Positions 10,612 to 21,700 of a DNA stretch of 64,000 nucleotides are shown here, one piece after another. A program made the translations under genes and the position numbers. Source of the stretch: Prasinococcaceae sp. CCMP 1430 (lineage: Eukaryota > Plantae > Prasinodermophyta); NCBI GenBank assembly GCA_013416795.1, contig RQSC01000005.1, positions 413,943-477,942 of the forward strand. Reading direction: 5' to 3'. Each line of letters begins with the position of its first letter. The first letter of the stretch is position 1. The notes under the pieces are model-generated. The model had not been told where the DNA came from, made no database searches, and saw nothing but the letters and a program-made list of their open reading frames with translations.

Positions 10612-11501
10612 CTATCGCCTGCGCAGGGGGGCGTTGACATCATCGATCGCCACTAGCACGACCTGGTCGCCGCGCAGAAAAATTTGGGCCATGTGCCGCG
10701 TGCGGTGCTGCTGCCGCGACCGCAACTTCCTCCCGCCCGTGCCCTGCTCCTGTGCGCCTATGGCATCGGCAGCGCCGCCGACGGCCGCGAGGTGACGCGG
10801 TGTCGCGAGCACGGTGTAGACCTCGTCAACATCGCGAAGTACCATGTTGAAGTGGCGGTCGAAGGCCACGACGAAGCCCACGGCCACGCCCCGCACGCCG
10901 CGCGCGTGACGCGTCGTCACGCGCACGCGTCGCCGCCCGGCAAAGGCGCTCGCGAGCACGCGCAGCGGGCCCTCCGGCGCCTCCTCCCTGCCCGCGCCAC
11001 TGAGCTCTTGACGCAGCGAGCGCTTCACGGCGGCGGCTACCGGCGTGCGCCCGGGAGCGCGCGGGTCAGCCGAGGGCGCGCATCTCGCCAGCGGCGAGCG
11101 CGCCGGCAAAAGGCACTGCGGCAGCACTCACCGGCTGCCCGCTCGACGAGGGTGGTCGCTCGCGCGCGCCTCTGCGCGGCAGCGTCTGCAGCCATGCGGC
11201 TCGCCTTCATCCTCTCCTGCGTGGCAATCGACTCGGCCGTGCGGCGATGGCGCTCGCCGCGATTGGCTTGAGCTTCGGGCATCTCGGCGGGCAGCAGGCC
11301 CACGCATCGGCTCAGGTTGTCGAGCGGCGGGGCAGTGACGTCCGGAGGCTGAAGCCCGGGAGCGCGCAGCGCCGCGAGCGCATCGAACCCGTCCGACAGG
11401 AAGTCTAGCGCACCGGCCCGGCCTTTGTCTTCCGCAGCGCCGCCCGCGCTGCTCGCACCGCCTGCGCTGCCTGCAGCGCTTGCGGCGCCCGCACCGCCCA
11501 T
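10612..11501 (-). CDS. LSM11: U7 snRNP-specific Sm-like protein LSM11 homologue
   Basis: Exons 11501-11132 and 11036-10612; intron 11037-11131 (GTGAGT...CTGAC...TAG, phase 1). N-terminal LDFLSDGFDALAAL..P....P.APPLDN, Sm1 VRVTTRHARGVRGVAVGFVVAFDRHFNMVLRDVDE, Sm2 RHMAQIFLRGDQVVLV. Start codon tentative. Confidence 0.8.
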
Positions 11502-11933
11502 CCCACCGTATATCCCCTTGCAGTGGGTGCGCAAAGAGCGGGAGCGTGGCTTCAACTCCTCCCTCCCCTCCCTCCCGTGACCCCTCCCCCCTGCCCCCGC
11601 GGTCCCTGCCCTCGCACGCCCTCTCCCCCGAGCGCCGCTAAGGCGGCAGCTGCCGCTGCCGCGCGGCGCATGCGCTGTGTGGCACGCCGCGCGCCAATGG
11701 TCAGACGGCCCAATCTGACGGACCGCGCTCGCCGGCGCGCGCACTAGCGCCTGGGGGTGCCCACATGGCCAACGGGGTACGGGCTACCGCGCAGGGGCAG
11801 TCACGTGCGCGCGTGAGCGCCACACGCTCTCTCGCGCTCTCATGCGCACGCACGGCGCTTCGAGTGACGGGGCCACGCGCGCGCTCGTGCGTGGCCCAGG
11901 GCGCGCTATTAATAAGGCAGGGAGCGCCACGCG

Positions 11934-12825
11934 CTAGTCGCCGCTCTCGCCGCTGAGCTCGAGCGCCCGGAGCGCGCGCGCGGCGGCGGCGGCGGCGCCA
12001 GCGGCGGCCTTCGTCTCTGGTGTATCTCCGCCTGGGGGGGGAATGCGCCGGGAGGCTCTGTTAGCAGATGCGCGTATGGACGGGTGTGGTACAAACGGAC
12101 GCGAACAGCGGAGCTTCTCTTCCCCTCCTGGCACGCACAGACGCATCCATTCGGCGGCGCACGTACCTCCTTCCGCTGCCCTTTTCGCGCTATCCTCCAG
12201 GTCTCTGAGCGCACTCATAGCTCCAGCGTCGCGCGCCGCCTGCAGCCCGCCAGGGGTGCGGACTATGTTGGCCCCGCCGCTCGACGCTGCGCGTTTGGCC
12301 TCCTCGGCAGTGCGCGCGGCGATGCGCCGCTCGGACGGACGCGCCGCAGCGAGCGCCTCGAGTGCGCCGGCCGCTGCGGCGGCGTCAGCGGGATCCTCCG
12401 CACGCGCGAAATCCGCGAGCGGCTCGGTCACGCCTGCCTCGATCGCGGCGGTCGCGCGCCCCGCGCTTCCGAGCGTGCATGCACGAAGCGCAGAGGCGGC
12501 CGCACGCTTGGGGCCGCTCGCGTGCCCCTCGCACAGGATGCGCGCGAGGATGCCAAAGGTGTCGCGCGGAGGCGCAGCTCGACGGACGTGCGCAGCGGCG
12601 CACGCCTCCGCGCCCTCCTCGCCCGTGGTCGCCAATGCAGCCAGTGCGAGACACACGTTGCGCTTGACGGTGGCGACGCGCGCCTCTGCGGCGAGCAGGA
12701 TGAGCGCCTCAGGCACCTTGGCGTCGGCGAGGTCGCGCACCGTCCCTGGGGGGGCGCCCTCGCCGTCCGCGCGTCGGCTCCGCGCAATGGCGGCGGCCGC
12801 CGTCTGCGGGCTGCGGAAGAAGTGA
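11934..12825 (-). CDS. Armadillo/HEAT-repeat protein; 5' exon(s) unresolved (probably up to about 13050)
   Basis: Helical Ala/Leu repeats (VPEALILLA..VKRNVCLALAAL, GVTEPLADF..AAAAAGALEAL). In-frame intron 12032-12166 (GTACGT...CTAAC...CAG). Confidence 0.6.
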
Positions 12826-13311
12826 GGCGCCGGTCTCCCCTGTCCCTCGCGCCCTGCCGCGCGCTCAGCTCGCACCCAGGCCCCCTCCCCCCCCCCTCAC
12901 CCTCGCGCCCCCTTGGCCCTGTGGCACCGCCCGCATGCTCAGCCGCCGCCGGCCCGGCCCCGCATGCCGGCCGCCAGCCAGGACCCCCCCGGCGCTGGAT
13001 CCCGGGCATCGACGAACGAGTCCCCGGTTCCGCCCCACCACATCGACCGTGCGTCCGGCGTCAGACCCGGTCCAATCGACCGTTTGTGGGTGTGCCGACT
13101 TCAGTCATGTTTTGTCTCTGCGGCCTGCGCTCTGCAGTACGTACACGCGCACAGTGCTGTACACTCTGGTTAAGGTTTGGTGTTTGAGGTATAGACCCTA
13201 CCTCCTTGCGCGGAGTTATCCCGCGCGCGCGCGCGCGTGGCGCCCGTCGGCGCGCGCGCGCGCGCCNACTCGACGCGCGCGGCGCGCCTTGCTCCTCTCG
13301 GGCCGCGGGCG

Positions 13312-14187
13312 ATGGCGCGGGCTCTGGCCGCGCAAGGTGGGCCGCGGTGCAGCGGCGCGGGCCGGCGCTGCGCCCGCGCGCCCAGGCGCTCCCGCGCTCT
13401 CGCGCAGCAGGGCGCCTCCGGCGTGCCAGGGAGTGACGGTGAGGACTGGCGCACGTTCCGCGCGCGTCTGGTTGCGAACGAGGCGCACGTCCTGGGCCGC
13501 GGACACGGCACCAAGAGCTCCCCGCAGGACGGCAAGCACGGGGCGGCCGGCGCCGCTGATGCCGGGGCTGAAAAGCCAGAGGGCTTCGACGGCGCGCGGT
13601 GGGCGCACTCACTGTCGCGGCCCGAGGCAGGCGGCCTCCTACTGGCGCGGGAAGACCTCGACGGCGGGTGGTTTGGACGCTCGGTGGTGCTGCTGTTCGA
13701 GCACCGCGACACCGAGGGTACGATGGGCGTTATCCTCAACAGACCGACGCGCGCGACGCTCGGACAGCTCGTGCAAAACCTCCCCGTCGCTTCGAAGCTT
13801 GCGCGATGCAAGGACCTCCCTGTGAATCTCGGTGGGCCTGTGGACACGTCCAGCCTGCTCGCTGTGTCGTCCAAGAATGTGCAGGGCGCGCGGCGAATCG
13901 TCGACGGCATGTACGTCCTCGGCATAAATGACGCCGCGGACGCGCTCTGCACGGGCGACATCGCCCCCCGTGAGCTCCATTTGTTCATGGGGTACTCCGG
14001 TTGGGCGCCACACCAGCTCAAGAGCGAGATCGACCACGGCGGATGGTGGTGCGGTGCCGCCGATGCGAGCTCGGTGCTCGTCCCGTCGCGCTGCCAGGAG
14101 GGTGCCGTGCCCGCCGTGGGTTCCGCTGAGTTGCTTGAGAACGAAAGCTCCATGTGGGAGGACCTGAAAGCGCGCATTGGGCACTGA
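13312..14187 (+). CDS. DUF179 / YqgE-AlgH family protein, probably organelle-targeted
   Basis: DWRTFRARLVA, FGRSVVLL.EH....TMGVILNRP, GGPV, FMGYSGW...QL..EI..G.W. R/A/S-rich N-terminus. Confidence 0.88.
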   Translation: MARALAAQGGPRCSGAGRRCARAPRRSRALAQQGASGVPGSDGEDWRTFRARLVANEAHVLGRGHGTKSSPQDGKHGAAGAADAGAEKPEGFDGARWAHSLSRPEAGGLLLAREDLDGGWFGRSVVLLFEHRDTEGTMGVILNRPTRATLGQLVQNLPVASKLARCKDLPVNLGGPVDTSSLLAVSSKNVQGARRIVDGMYVLGINDAADALCTGDIAPRELHLFMGYSGWAPHQLKSEIDHGGWWCGAADASSVLVPSRCQEGAVPAVGSAELLENESSMWEDLKARIGH

Positions 14188-14418
14188 GCTGCGTGCCGCC
14201 TCTGCCGCCCTCCCACCACTGAAAGACGGAGGCCATATGGCAAGCCACCCTACATTTAGCAGAGAGGCCGACTGCCCGTGCAGTCGACCGACAGCAACGC
14301 ACCGACACAGCATGCGCGCAAGAGGTACTGAGACAAAAACGTGCGGGCGCAGCCACGTCCCCCTGTACTGTAATTCTACTGAGAAGAGATACAAGAGAGA
14401 TTTCGTACAGTAGTGCGG

Positions 14419-16338
14419 TCAAACTACACCCCCGCCATCCATCCCAGCCCCGCTGGCGTCGCCGCCACCGCCGCCGCCGCCGCCGGCACTCTTCGGTGCT
14501 CTGGCTTCGCGCTTGGGCGGCGGCGCCAACACAGGCGCCACGAGCTTTGGAGGGCCCTGCGTCGGCGCGGTCCCCTCGTGCCCCTCGTGCTGCCGCTCCT
14601 GCCGCATCGCAACTCCGCCTTCGTCCGCGTCGCTTGTACTGCCAGCTGCCGCTGCTCCCTTCGGCGCGCCTGAAGCCGCGTCCGCAGTCACTCTCCCCTG
14701 CGGGCGAATCTTGGGACTGGACACGGTGGGCAGCACCAGCGGAGGCGACATCGCTGCCAGCTCGCCGTCGCCCATCTCGAGCGCCGTCGATCCGCCACCG
14801 CCAATCCAGCCGTCGTCTTCGGCGTCGGCGCCGCGTGCTGAGGCATCGAGCGTGCGCGGAGGCGTGCACTCCCCACCACCCAACGTCGACGGCGTTGGCG
14901 TCTGCTGCTCCTGGACGCCCGCGTTGGGCACGAATGTTTTCATGCGGTATCGCCGCGCAGCGCCGCCTCCAACGTCCGCTGAGTAGCACACGTAGTCCTG
15001 GTAGACGGCGGAGAACGCCGTATTGGTGTCTGAACGGATGTCCGCCATGGAAGCTGCATCGCGCAAGGACGCCAGCAGCGAGCCCTGGATGCCTTGCGTG
15101 TGCGCGTACTGCGAGCTGGGAAAGGCAAGTGCCATGAAGCCCGCGGCAAAGCTCATCTCGAGGCAGATGATGAAGTTCTGCAGCGCGCGCCCCTCCTCCG
15201 CCTGCATGCTCGCGTGTGTGTTGCAGGAGGGAGCCGCTCGAGTCAGCACCCCGGACGCGGCTGTGCGCAGGCGCCAGCAATCACAGCGGGGAAGGGCACA
15301 GCGCGGAGGTATTTGGCCGTATGCATGACTCACCTGGCGATCTTCTGACCAGTTGCCGCGGGAGAATGCGCCTGTGGCCACCAGCGCGCTCACGGCGATG
15401 CCTTGCCAAAACGTGAAGAAGATGACCGACTTAATCAGCGTGAATTTGAGGAGAGGCCTGCGGCGCGTGCGGTGTCAGCGCCAGCACGTAACAGATCCGG
15501 CCGAGCGGACCGCTCGCGCGTGAGGAGGGACGGGTGGGGATTCGCGTGCGCGACCGCGCGTGAGTACACACTTGTGGGACACCAGGAGGTCCTTGGAGGC
15601 CACGTAGAACATCACCAGCGCGTACAACGCCGCGGCATACGACGCGTTGTACATAACGACCACGTAAGGGTAAGCGCAGCGTGCGTCTCCCAGCTTCCCC
15701 TCACAGTACGCGCCGTGCGCCTCGGCGCCGACCGTCACACTGGCTAGCACGAGCTTGAGCCACACGAATTGCAGCGTCCCCTGCTTGCACAACCGGATGA
15801 AGCGCGCGTCGACCTCGACGTCGGACAGGCAGGTGCCGTATACCCAAGACCTCTTAATAGCCGTGCCCTGCAACTGCGTGAGCACCGCGCCGGGGCCACC
15901 GATGTACGCTACGAGCAGATTGAAGAAGTTGTACACAACCCATGCCTTCAAGCGCGCGCGCGACCATACGTTGGCGAGGCACGGGGGTGGGGGTCAGTCA
16001 ACGATGGGTGAGCGAGCTGGCGAGCGCGCGGCGCAGACGCTAGGCGTCTTCTGGCGCACCTCGAAAATGTCTCTGAATGCGTCGAAGTACACGCTACTGT
16101 GCGGTGCAACAAGGCTCAAGAAGGAGCAGGTGGCGTACACGGGGACCATGAAGATGATGCGCACAATGAAGCGCTGGTACACAGGTTCGGTGTAGTTCCG
16201 CAGGTGTGCGAGGATGAGGTACAAACTAAACGCGACGGCGCCCGCAGCCGACACGCCCGCCAGGCCGACAAACAGGGGTGTATCGCTGATGCCACGGGGC
16301 GCGGACTCCGGCCCCGTCGTGGGTGTAGAGTCCGCCAT
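14419..16338 (-). CDS. TMEM184/OST-alpha (LAZ1-like) membrane protein
   Basis: Exons 16338-16060, 15945-15572, 15457-15334, 15201-14419. Motifs HLRNYTEPVYQRFIVRIIFMVPVY, YNFFNLLVAYIGG, KQGTLQFV, KPLLKF.LIKSVIFFTFWQG, QNFIICLEM. Confidence 0.9.
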
Positions 16339-16932
16339 GACGCTGTCGCTGACGCGCTGCCGTAGCAGCACAGAGCAGCGCAGCACAGCGAAGTGCGCGT
16401 GCGCCGAGCGCGTGCGCCGAGCGCGTGCGCCCAGCCGCACGCAGGCGCCCCTGCGCAGCCCGCGCCGCACACACTCTGCCCCCTGCTCCGGCCACGCGCG
16501 CGCTGCGAGCGCGCGCGCGGCGACGGGGAACCGCCATCAATATGTTTCTAATCGGATCACAAGTACCCACGGGAGCCCTCCCGAGTCCATCGGAAAGTAA
16601 GTTCAAATCAGGGCCCGCGACTGCGACGGCAGCGCCGAGTGCCCAGGATATTCCGGGCGGCAGCACCGCGCAGTGGTTTTAAGGTTAGAAAGACACAACC
16701 CTAACATGAATTTCGGAATTCTCATATTCTACTGAACATTTTATTAAACCCTCTGCTCCGGGAAGACATTAGGGTATACTTACAACCTCAACTCCATGAC
16801 CGCCTCAATTCGACGTTTACTTCTATTTGGTGCGACTACATTTGTAGACCCTCATGGCGCGGCCGCGCGCGTTCGAAACTTACTGTAGTACGTGTCGCAC
16901 CGTCTCGTGCGTGGATAAGGTGGTATGGTGGT

Positions 16933-18178
16933 ATGGTGGCCGGGGTGGGGCGCGCGCGCGTGTGCGCGCGGCAGAGCCGTGCGGCGTGCAGGGCCGGCGG
17001 ACGGCGCGGGGAGAGGGTGGGTGGTCGCTCGTTCGTCTCAGGTGGCGACGATGGCAACGGCGACCGGAAGCGCGCGCGCGCGCGCCGCGGCGGGCGCGCG
17101 CCGCGCACCACCGCCATCGGCTTGCTCGCCGCCAGCACGTGGGGCGCGCGCGACGCGCGCGCCGCGCCCCCGCCGCGCGGTGACGTGTGCGCGTACGACT
17201 GTGAGGTTGGCGACGTAGAGTGCGAGGAGAGGCGCGCAGCCTGCAGGCGCAAGGTGCGGCCAGGCGACGCGAGACGTGGCGCATGCGCAACGCCTGCACG
17301 TGAGCGCCCTTGCTTGCCCGTGCCGGACTGGCGGTGATGCTCTCTCCTCCCAAAACGTTTGAGCGTGTGCAAGTATGCACGCAATGCTGACGCTTGATGA
17401 TCTGCGACCCTGTGTGCAGGCGCTAGACGGCTCTGGCGCGGGCTCCTTCGAAGAGCGCAGCAGTACCGACCCGAAAAAGACTGGCGAGGTCGACCTCAGG
17501 GGCAAGTCTGCCTCCCAGACGGACGCGTACGTGGCCGACACGCAGGAGCTGATCGATCTCATCACAGCCACACTCAAGCTGGATCCGTTCGACGAACGCC
17601 GGCCCAAGGTACGCGCGTGCGTGCCCCGCCCGCCCTGCTTCCTCCTGTTGCCCCACTCGCAACACCTCGCTTGCGGCGCGCGCACGTCGCTCGCAAGCCT
17701 GCGCTGACATACGCCTGCGCTGGCTTCCCGCACCCACTTTTGCAGGACATCGAGACGATTCGAACGCTGGCCAACATTTGGACGGGGCGATATGCGCCTG
17801 GCGGGTCGTATTCGCTGGCATCCGCTGGGAAGATGTATCAGGTGATCGACACGCTCACTGGCTGGTGGAACTTCAACGGCCTGAGGCCCGTGTCGGCGTC
17901 CATCGTCAAAGACGTCAACACCGTGAGTAGCGGCCGCCGCGCGCGCGCCGACACCCCGCGCGTTTTCTTATACGCCCCCCCCACACACCACACCAACATA
18001 GACAGACACACGCACGCTCCGTGGCGAAGAGCGCGAGCGCTGCCGCACCTGCGCTGACGCCGCACCCTGCCCCTGGCCATCACGCGCCACGGGTCTCCCC
18101 CATTGCGCCCGCATGCGCGCGCCCACCCACGCGCAGCAACTCGCGGACGCCGTCAAGCTGCTCAACCAGCGGAAGTGA
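16933..18178 (+). CDS. Psb27-like thylakoid lumen protein with bipartite targeting peptide
   Basis: Exons 16933-17253, 17420-17608, 17746-17922, 18137-18178, all phase 0 GT-AG. C-terminal four-helix region YVADTQELIDLITATL...IRTLANIWTGRY...KMYQVIDTLTGWW..NG..P...QLADAVKLL aligns by eye with Psb27. RR-hydrophobic-ARA lumen signal. Confidence 0.72.
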
Positions 18179-18717
18179 CGTCCCTCCAACGCGACGGGCG
18201 CGCGCGCAGCGCACGCCGGCGGGCTCGGCGCCTCCAGCGAGGCGGCAGTGTCGCTCGGGCGATCGCGGCGCAGCATATCGCGCGCTTCGGCGCCTGCAGC
18301 CGATGTCCCATCAAAACGCACTGCGATCGAAAATGACTCTCCCGTGTGTAACTTTCCCATCCCGACCGATGCGTTTTCACCTGCGCGCGCACCTCTGCGC
18401 GCCGCGCGCCCGCCTTTGCGCATTTGCCGCCGCCACCCCGGCGCAAACACGGCCGTCGCCACTCTGCGCTAGGCCGGCGCCTAGAGGGGGGCGGGGAGGG
18501 GAAGGGGCTGCGGTGGCGGCAGCGAGGGTGGGCCGATCGACGGCGTTGCGAGGCTGCGAGTCGAAGGTGGCGTGCGCGCGTGTGTCTTGCGGGGGCGGGG
18601 CCGGGAGGCGGCGCGGCGGCGGCGGCGGCGATGGGCAGCGCACTGCGCATTTGACGCATCTGCCCACCCCCCTCTGCGCTCGCCGCCGGCGAGCTCCCGA
18701 CGCCAGGCCCGGCCGCG

Positions 18718-21700
18718 ATGTCTGGCTCCGGCACTAGCAGCCTCTCGAGGCATGCGTACAAGGTGTGCGACCTACTCAAATGCTCGCGGCTGATCCGCGA
18801 GAAGACGGAAGGGCGCAAGCAGCTGAAGGAGGCCGTGCAGTCGCACCCGTTCGTCGACATACTGCTTCGCAACACAGACGGCATGGACCCCCAGCTCTCG
18901 AATGAGGAGATCGATCAGAAGGAGTGGCTGTGCTCCTGTCCGGGCGTCGCTGAAATCGCGTGTGAACACATCGACCAGGAGGTGGACGCGGTGCTTGACA
19001 AGATCGAGCGCGAGCGTCGCAGCGTGGCAGGGCACGGCGCCGGCGGGCCAAGGAAGAGGACGGAAGTCGACAGTGCCCTCGCAAAGGTGCTGCGTGGTCT
19101 TGTGGTCGCTGTGCACGCACGCGTCGTCGAGTTGAGAAGGTCGCATGATAGCGAGGGCGGCGTCGGAGCGCCACCAGACGATGCCGCGCCACCCTTCACG
19201 AGAGTAGCGAAGGCAATCCTCAACCACATCGCAGGCATCCTCGATCGTGACGACACATTCGTGGCGTTCGAGGGCGACTACATTCAGCTGCTGCTCAACT
19301 ACCTTTTGCCAACCCCTGCTTACGCCTCGAGGCTCACGCCAAAGATCTTCAAGAGCCTGATGAAGACGTTCACGTCAAAGCTGCAACTGTTCGCGACCGG
19401 TCGGGGGCGCGTCACCGAGTCGCAGGCGCACGACTGCGCGCGCGCGCTGCAGGCACTCCTGCGGTACTACCAGCGAGATCTGTCATCCGGCGAGAAGCCT
19501 GCGTGCGTCGAGGTCGCCGAGGCGCTCGCCACGGTGTTCGAAAATATGCACGACGAGGGCCGGACGGCAATGGCGACTGTTGGGGCCCTGAACGAGCTCA
19601 TCGCGCGCGATGGCGTCAACATGAGCAGCAAGTTGCTCACGCTGCACGAGTCCAGCATTGCCTCATTTGTGTCGGCAGGCCTAGCGTCCTCGACGAAGCT
19701 GGCCGGGCTGAAGGAGGCGCTCGTCCTCCACTCTCGCATGATGCTGGCTCTGGGTGCTGGTTCGAATTTGCGCTCGATGGCCATCCTGTTCTCGCTCTTG
19801 GAGAAGGAGCTCAGCGCGCCCATGAAGGTGCTCGGGTCCGACCAGCGCCACGCACACGGACTTCCTCTGCCGCGCCGGCACGTTGGTGCGTTGCTACTGG
19901 CAGCCGACGTTTGTCTCATACTTGTGCGCGCGCCTGCTGAAGCGCAAAGCGCCGCCGAGCCAACGCAAGATGATCGCGAGCACGATGCGGTGGGTACGCT
20001 TGGGACGCTCAGGAGCACTCGCGGTCACAGTCGCAGCGTGCGCATGCGTCGAGCACCACCTGCTGAGCGACTTGCGGATGCATTGATGAGTGGACGAGGC
20101 CTATGGCCCATGCTAGCGGCAGTGATTGCGAGGCGACACGGCCAAAGTCTGCCCCCACGTTGTCGATCCATGTGGCTGGCAGCTGCCGTGACAGCCCTGC
20201 CGGAGGTCATCACTACGGCCGCGGGCAACTCTGCCTCTGCGGCAGGAGCGAGCAGCGGGGGCAGTGGCGCGCAGGGCGACTGCGAAGATAGCGCAGTGCA
20301 CGCTACGTGGCTTACTCGCTTCGTAGCGGCGTTGGCCGTTTCATGGCTTGATGACGAGAGCTCGACGACCTCGATGGTGGACGGGGCCCAGGTGGGGCTA
20401 GCCATCGCAAAGTTTGGCGTGCGCGCCGAGTCATGGCCGGCTGATGCCGCTCTGTTGCCTGCACTTTGGTGTCGAGCTCGCGACTGCCTGGTTCGGTGGC
20501 TGCCCTCGCTTGGCGATTCGGAGCTCGCACACGAGGTGTGCCGCGCCCTAGCAGCGATCGGGCGGCGGGCGCTTGTACCAGGAGAGCTGCTGCCGGTTGA
20601 CGCATGGCGGGCGCCTGCGATGGCCGCGTTCAACCTCGAGCCTTCGTCATCCTCCTCTGCCGGCGCGGGCGATCTGAAGCGAGGCACTGCGAAGCCCGCG
20701 GCACCCGCGATCGAATTGATTTCAGCTATCGCCTCCTCCCCCGTCCAGTCCCAGTGGTCAAGTGCCTCATTCGACACCAAGAGGAGCACACTGCGCACTT
20801 CTCTTGCTGCGTGCCTGTGCTTGGTCATCCGCCATGCTACACCGAGCTCTGCTGGGTCCGACCAGAGTCAGAGTCAGGCAGAGGTAGGTGGTCGAGTGTC
20901 ATTCAGCCACACGACTCTCACTCGAGCCGGTGTCACGCGTGCTGTCGACACATTAGCCGCACTGTGCTTCAACGCGAGCAACGCCACGGCCGACTGCTTT
21001 GGGCCACCCGAAGAGGTCAGCGAGTCGCGCAACTCGTTGTTCGACTCGACGGCGCTGACGGAGGATCGCTACCATGACTCGGAGGGCGTCCTTACGGAAG
21101 ACATCATCCCCTGGCTCGAAAGACACCATGATAAGCTCGCCGAGGGCACAGTGGTAGCGCCGGAACGGCTGGATGCACTCATGGGTCTAGATGTGGCTGG
21201 CGTGCAGGCTCAGGCGAGATACATGGTGTCTAGCAGCGTGGGCTCTGCCCTCAGCTGCCGAAATCTATCGAGGGAAGCGGCGTCGCTCATCTCCGACGCT
21301 CTCAGGCAAAGCGCGGGCGATCTTGAGACGTCAACTGCATTTCCAGCCCGCGATCGCATTGCCACGCCACATTCCGTGGGCAGTGTCGGCGCGATGGCAG
21401 GGATTTTGACCCAGCGGGCCAGGAGCGCACAGCCTGCTGGTGAACGAGCTGGCAGACGAGTCCAAAACGTGCTTGCGCTGTGCTGTGCAGCGGGGGTTTT
21501 GCGAGGCGGGTGCCAGAATGCAGCAGCAGCCGCAGGCACGTCCGCTCCGAGATCGAGCTGGGGCGATGACGGCGACGTTGCGAATGCTGCAGATCTGGCG
21601 GCAAGCGTCGTCACCGCAGCTGTCCGCCACGCAGCCAATCTCACGAAGGATGTTGATGCGCTCAAGGATGCACCCACGCGCTTGGCCTCAGTCGCCGCGA

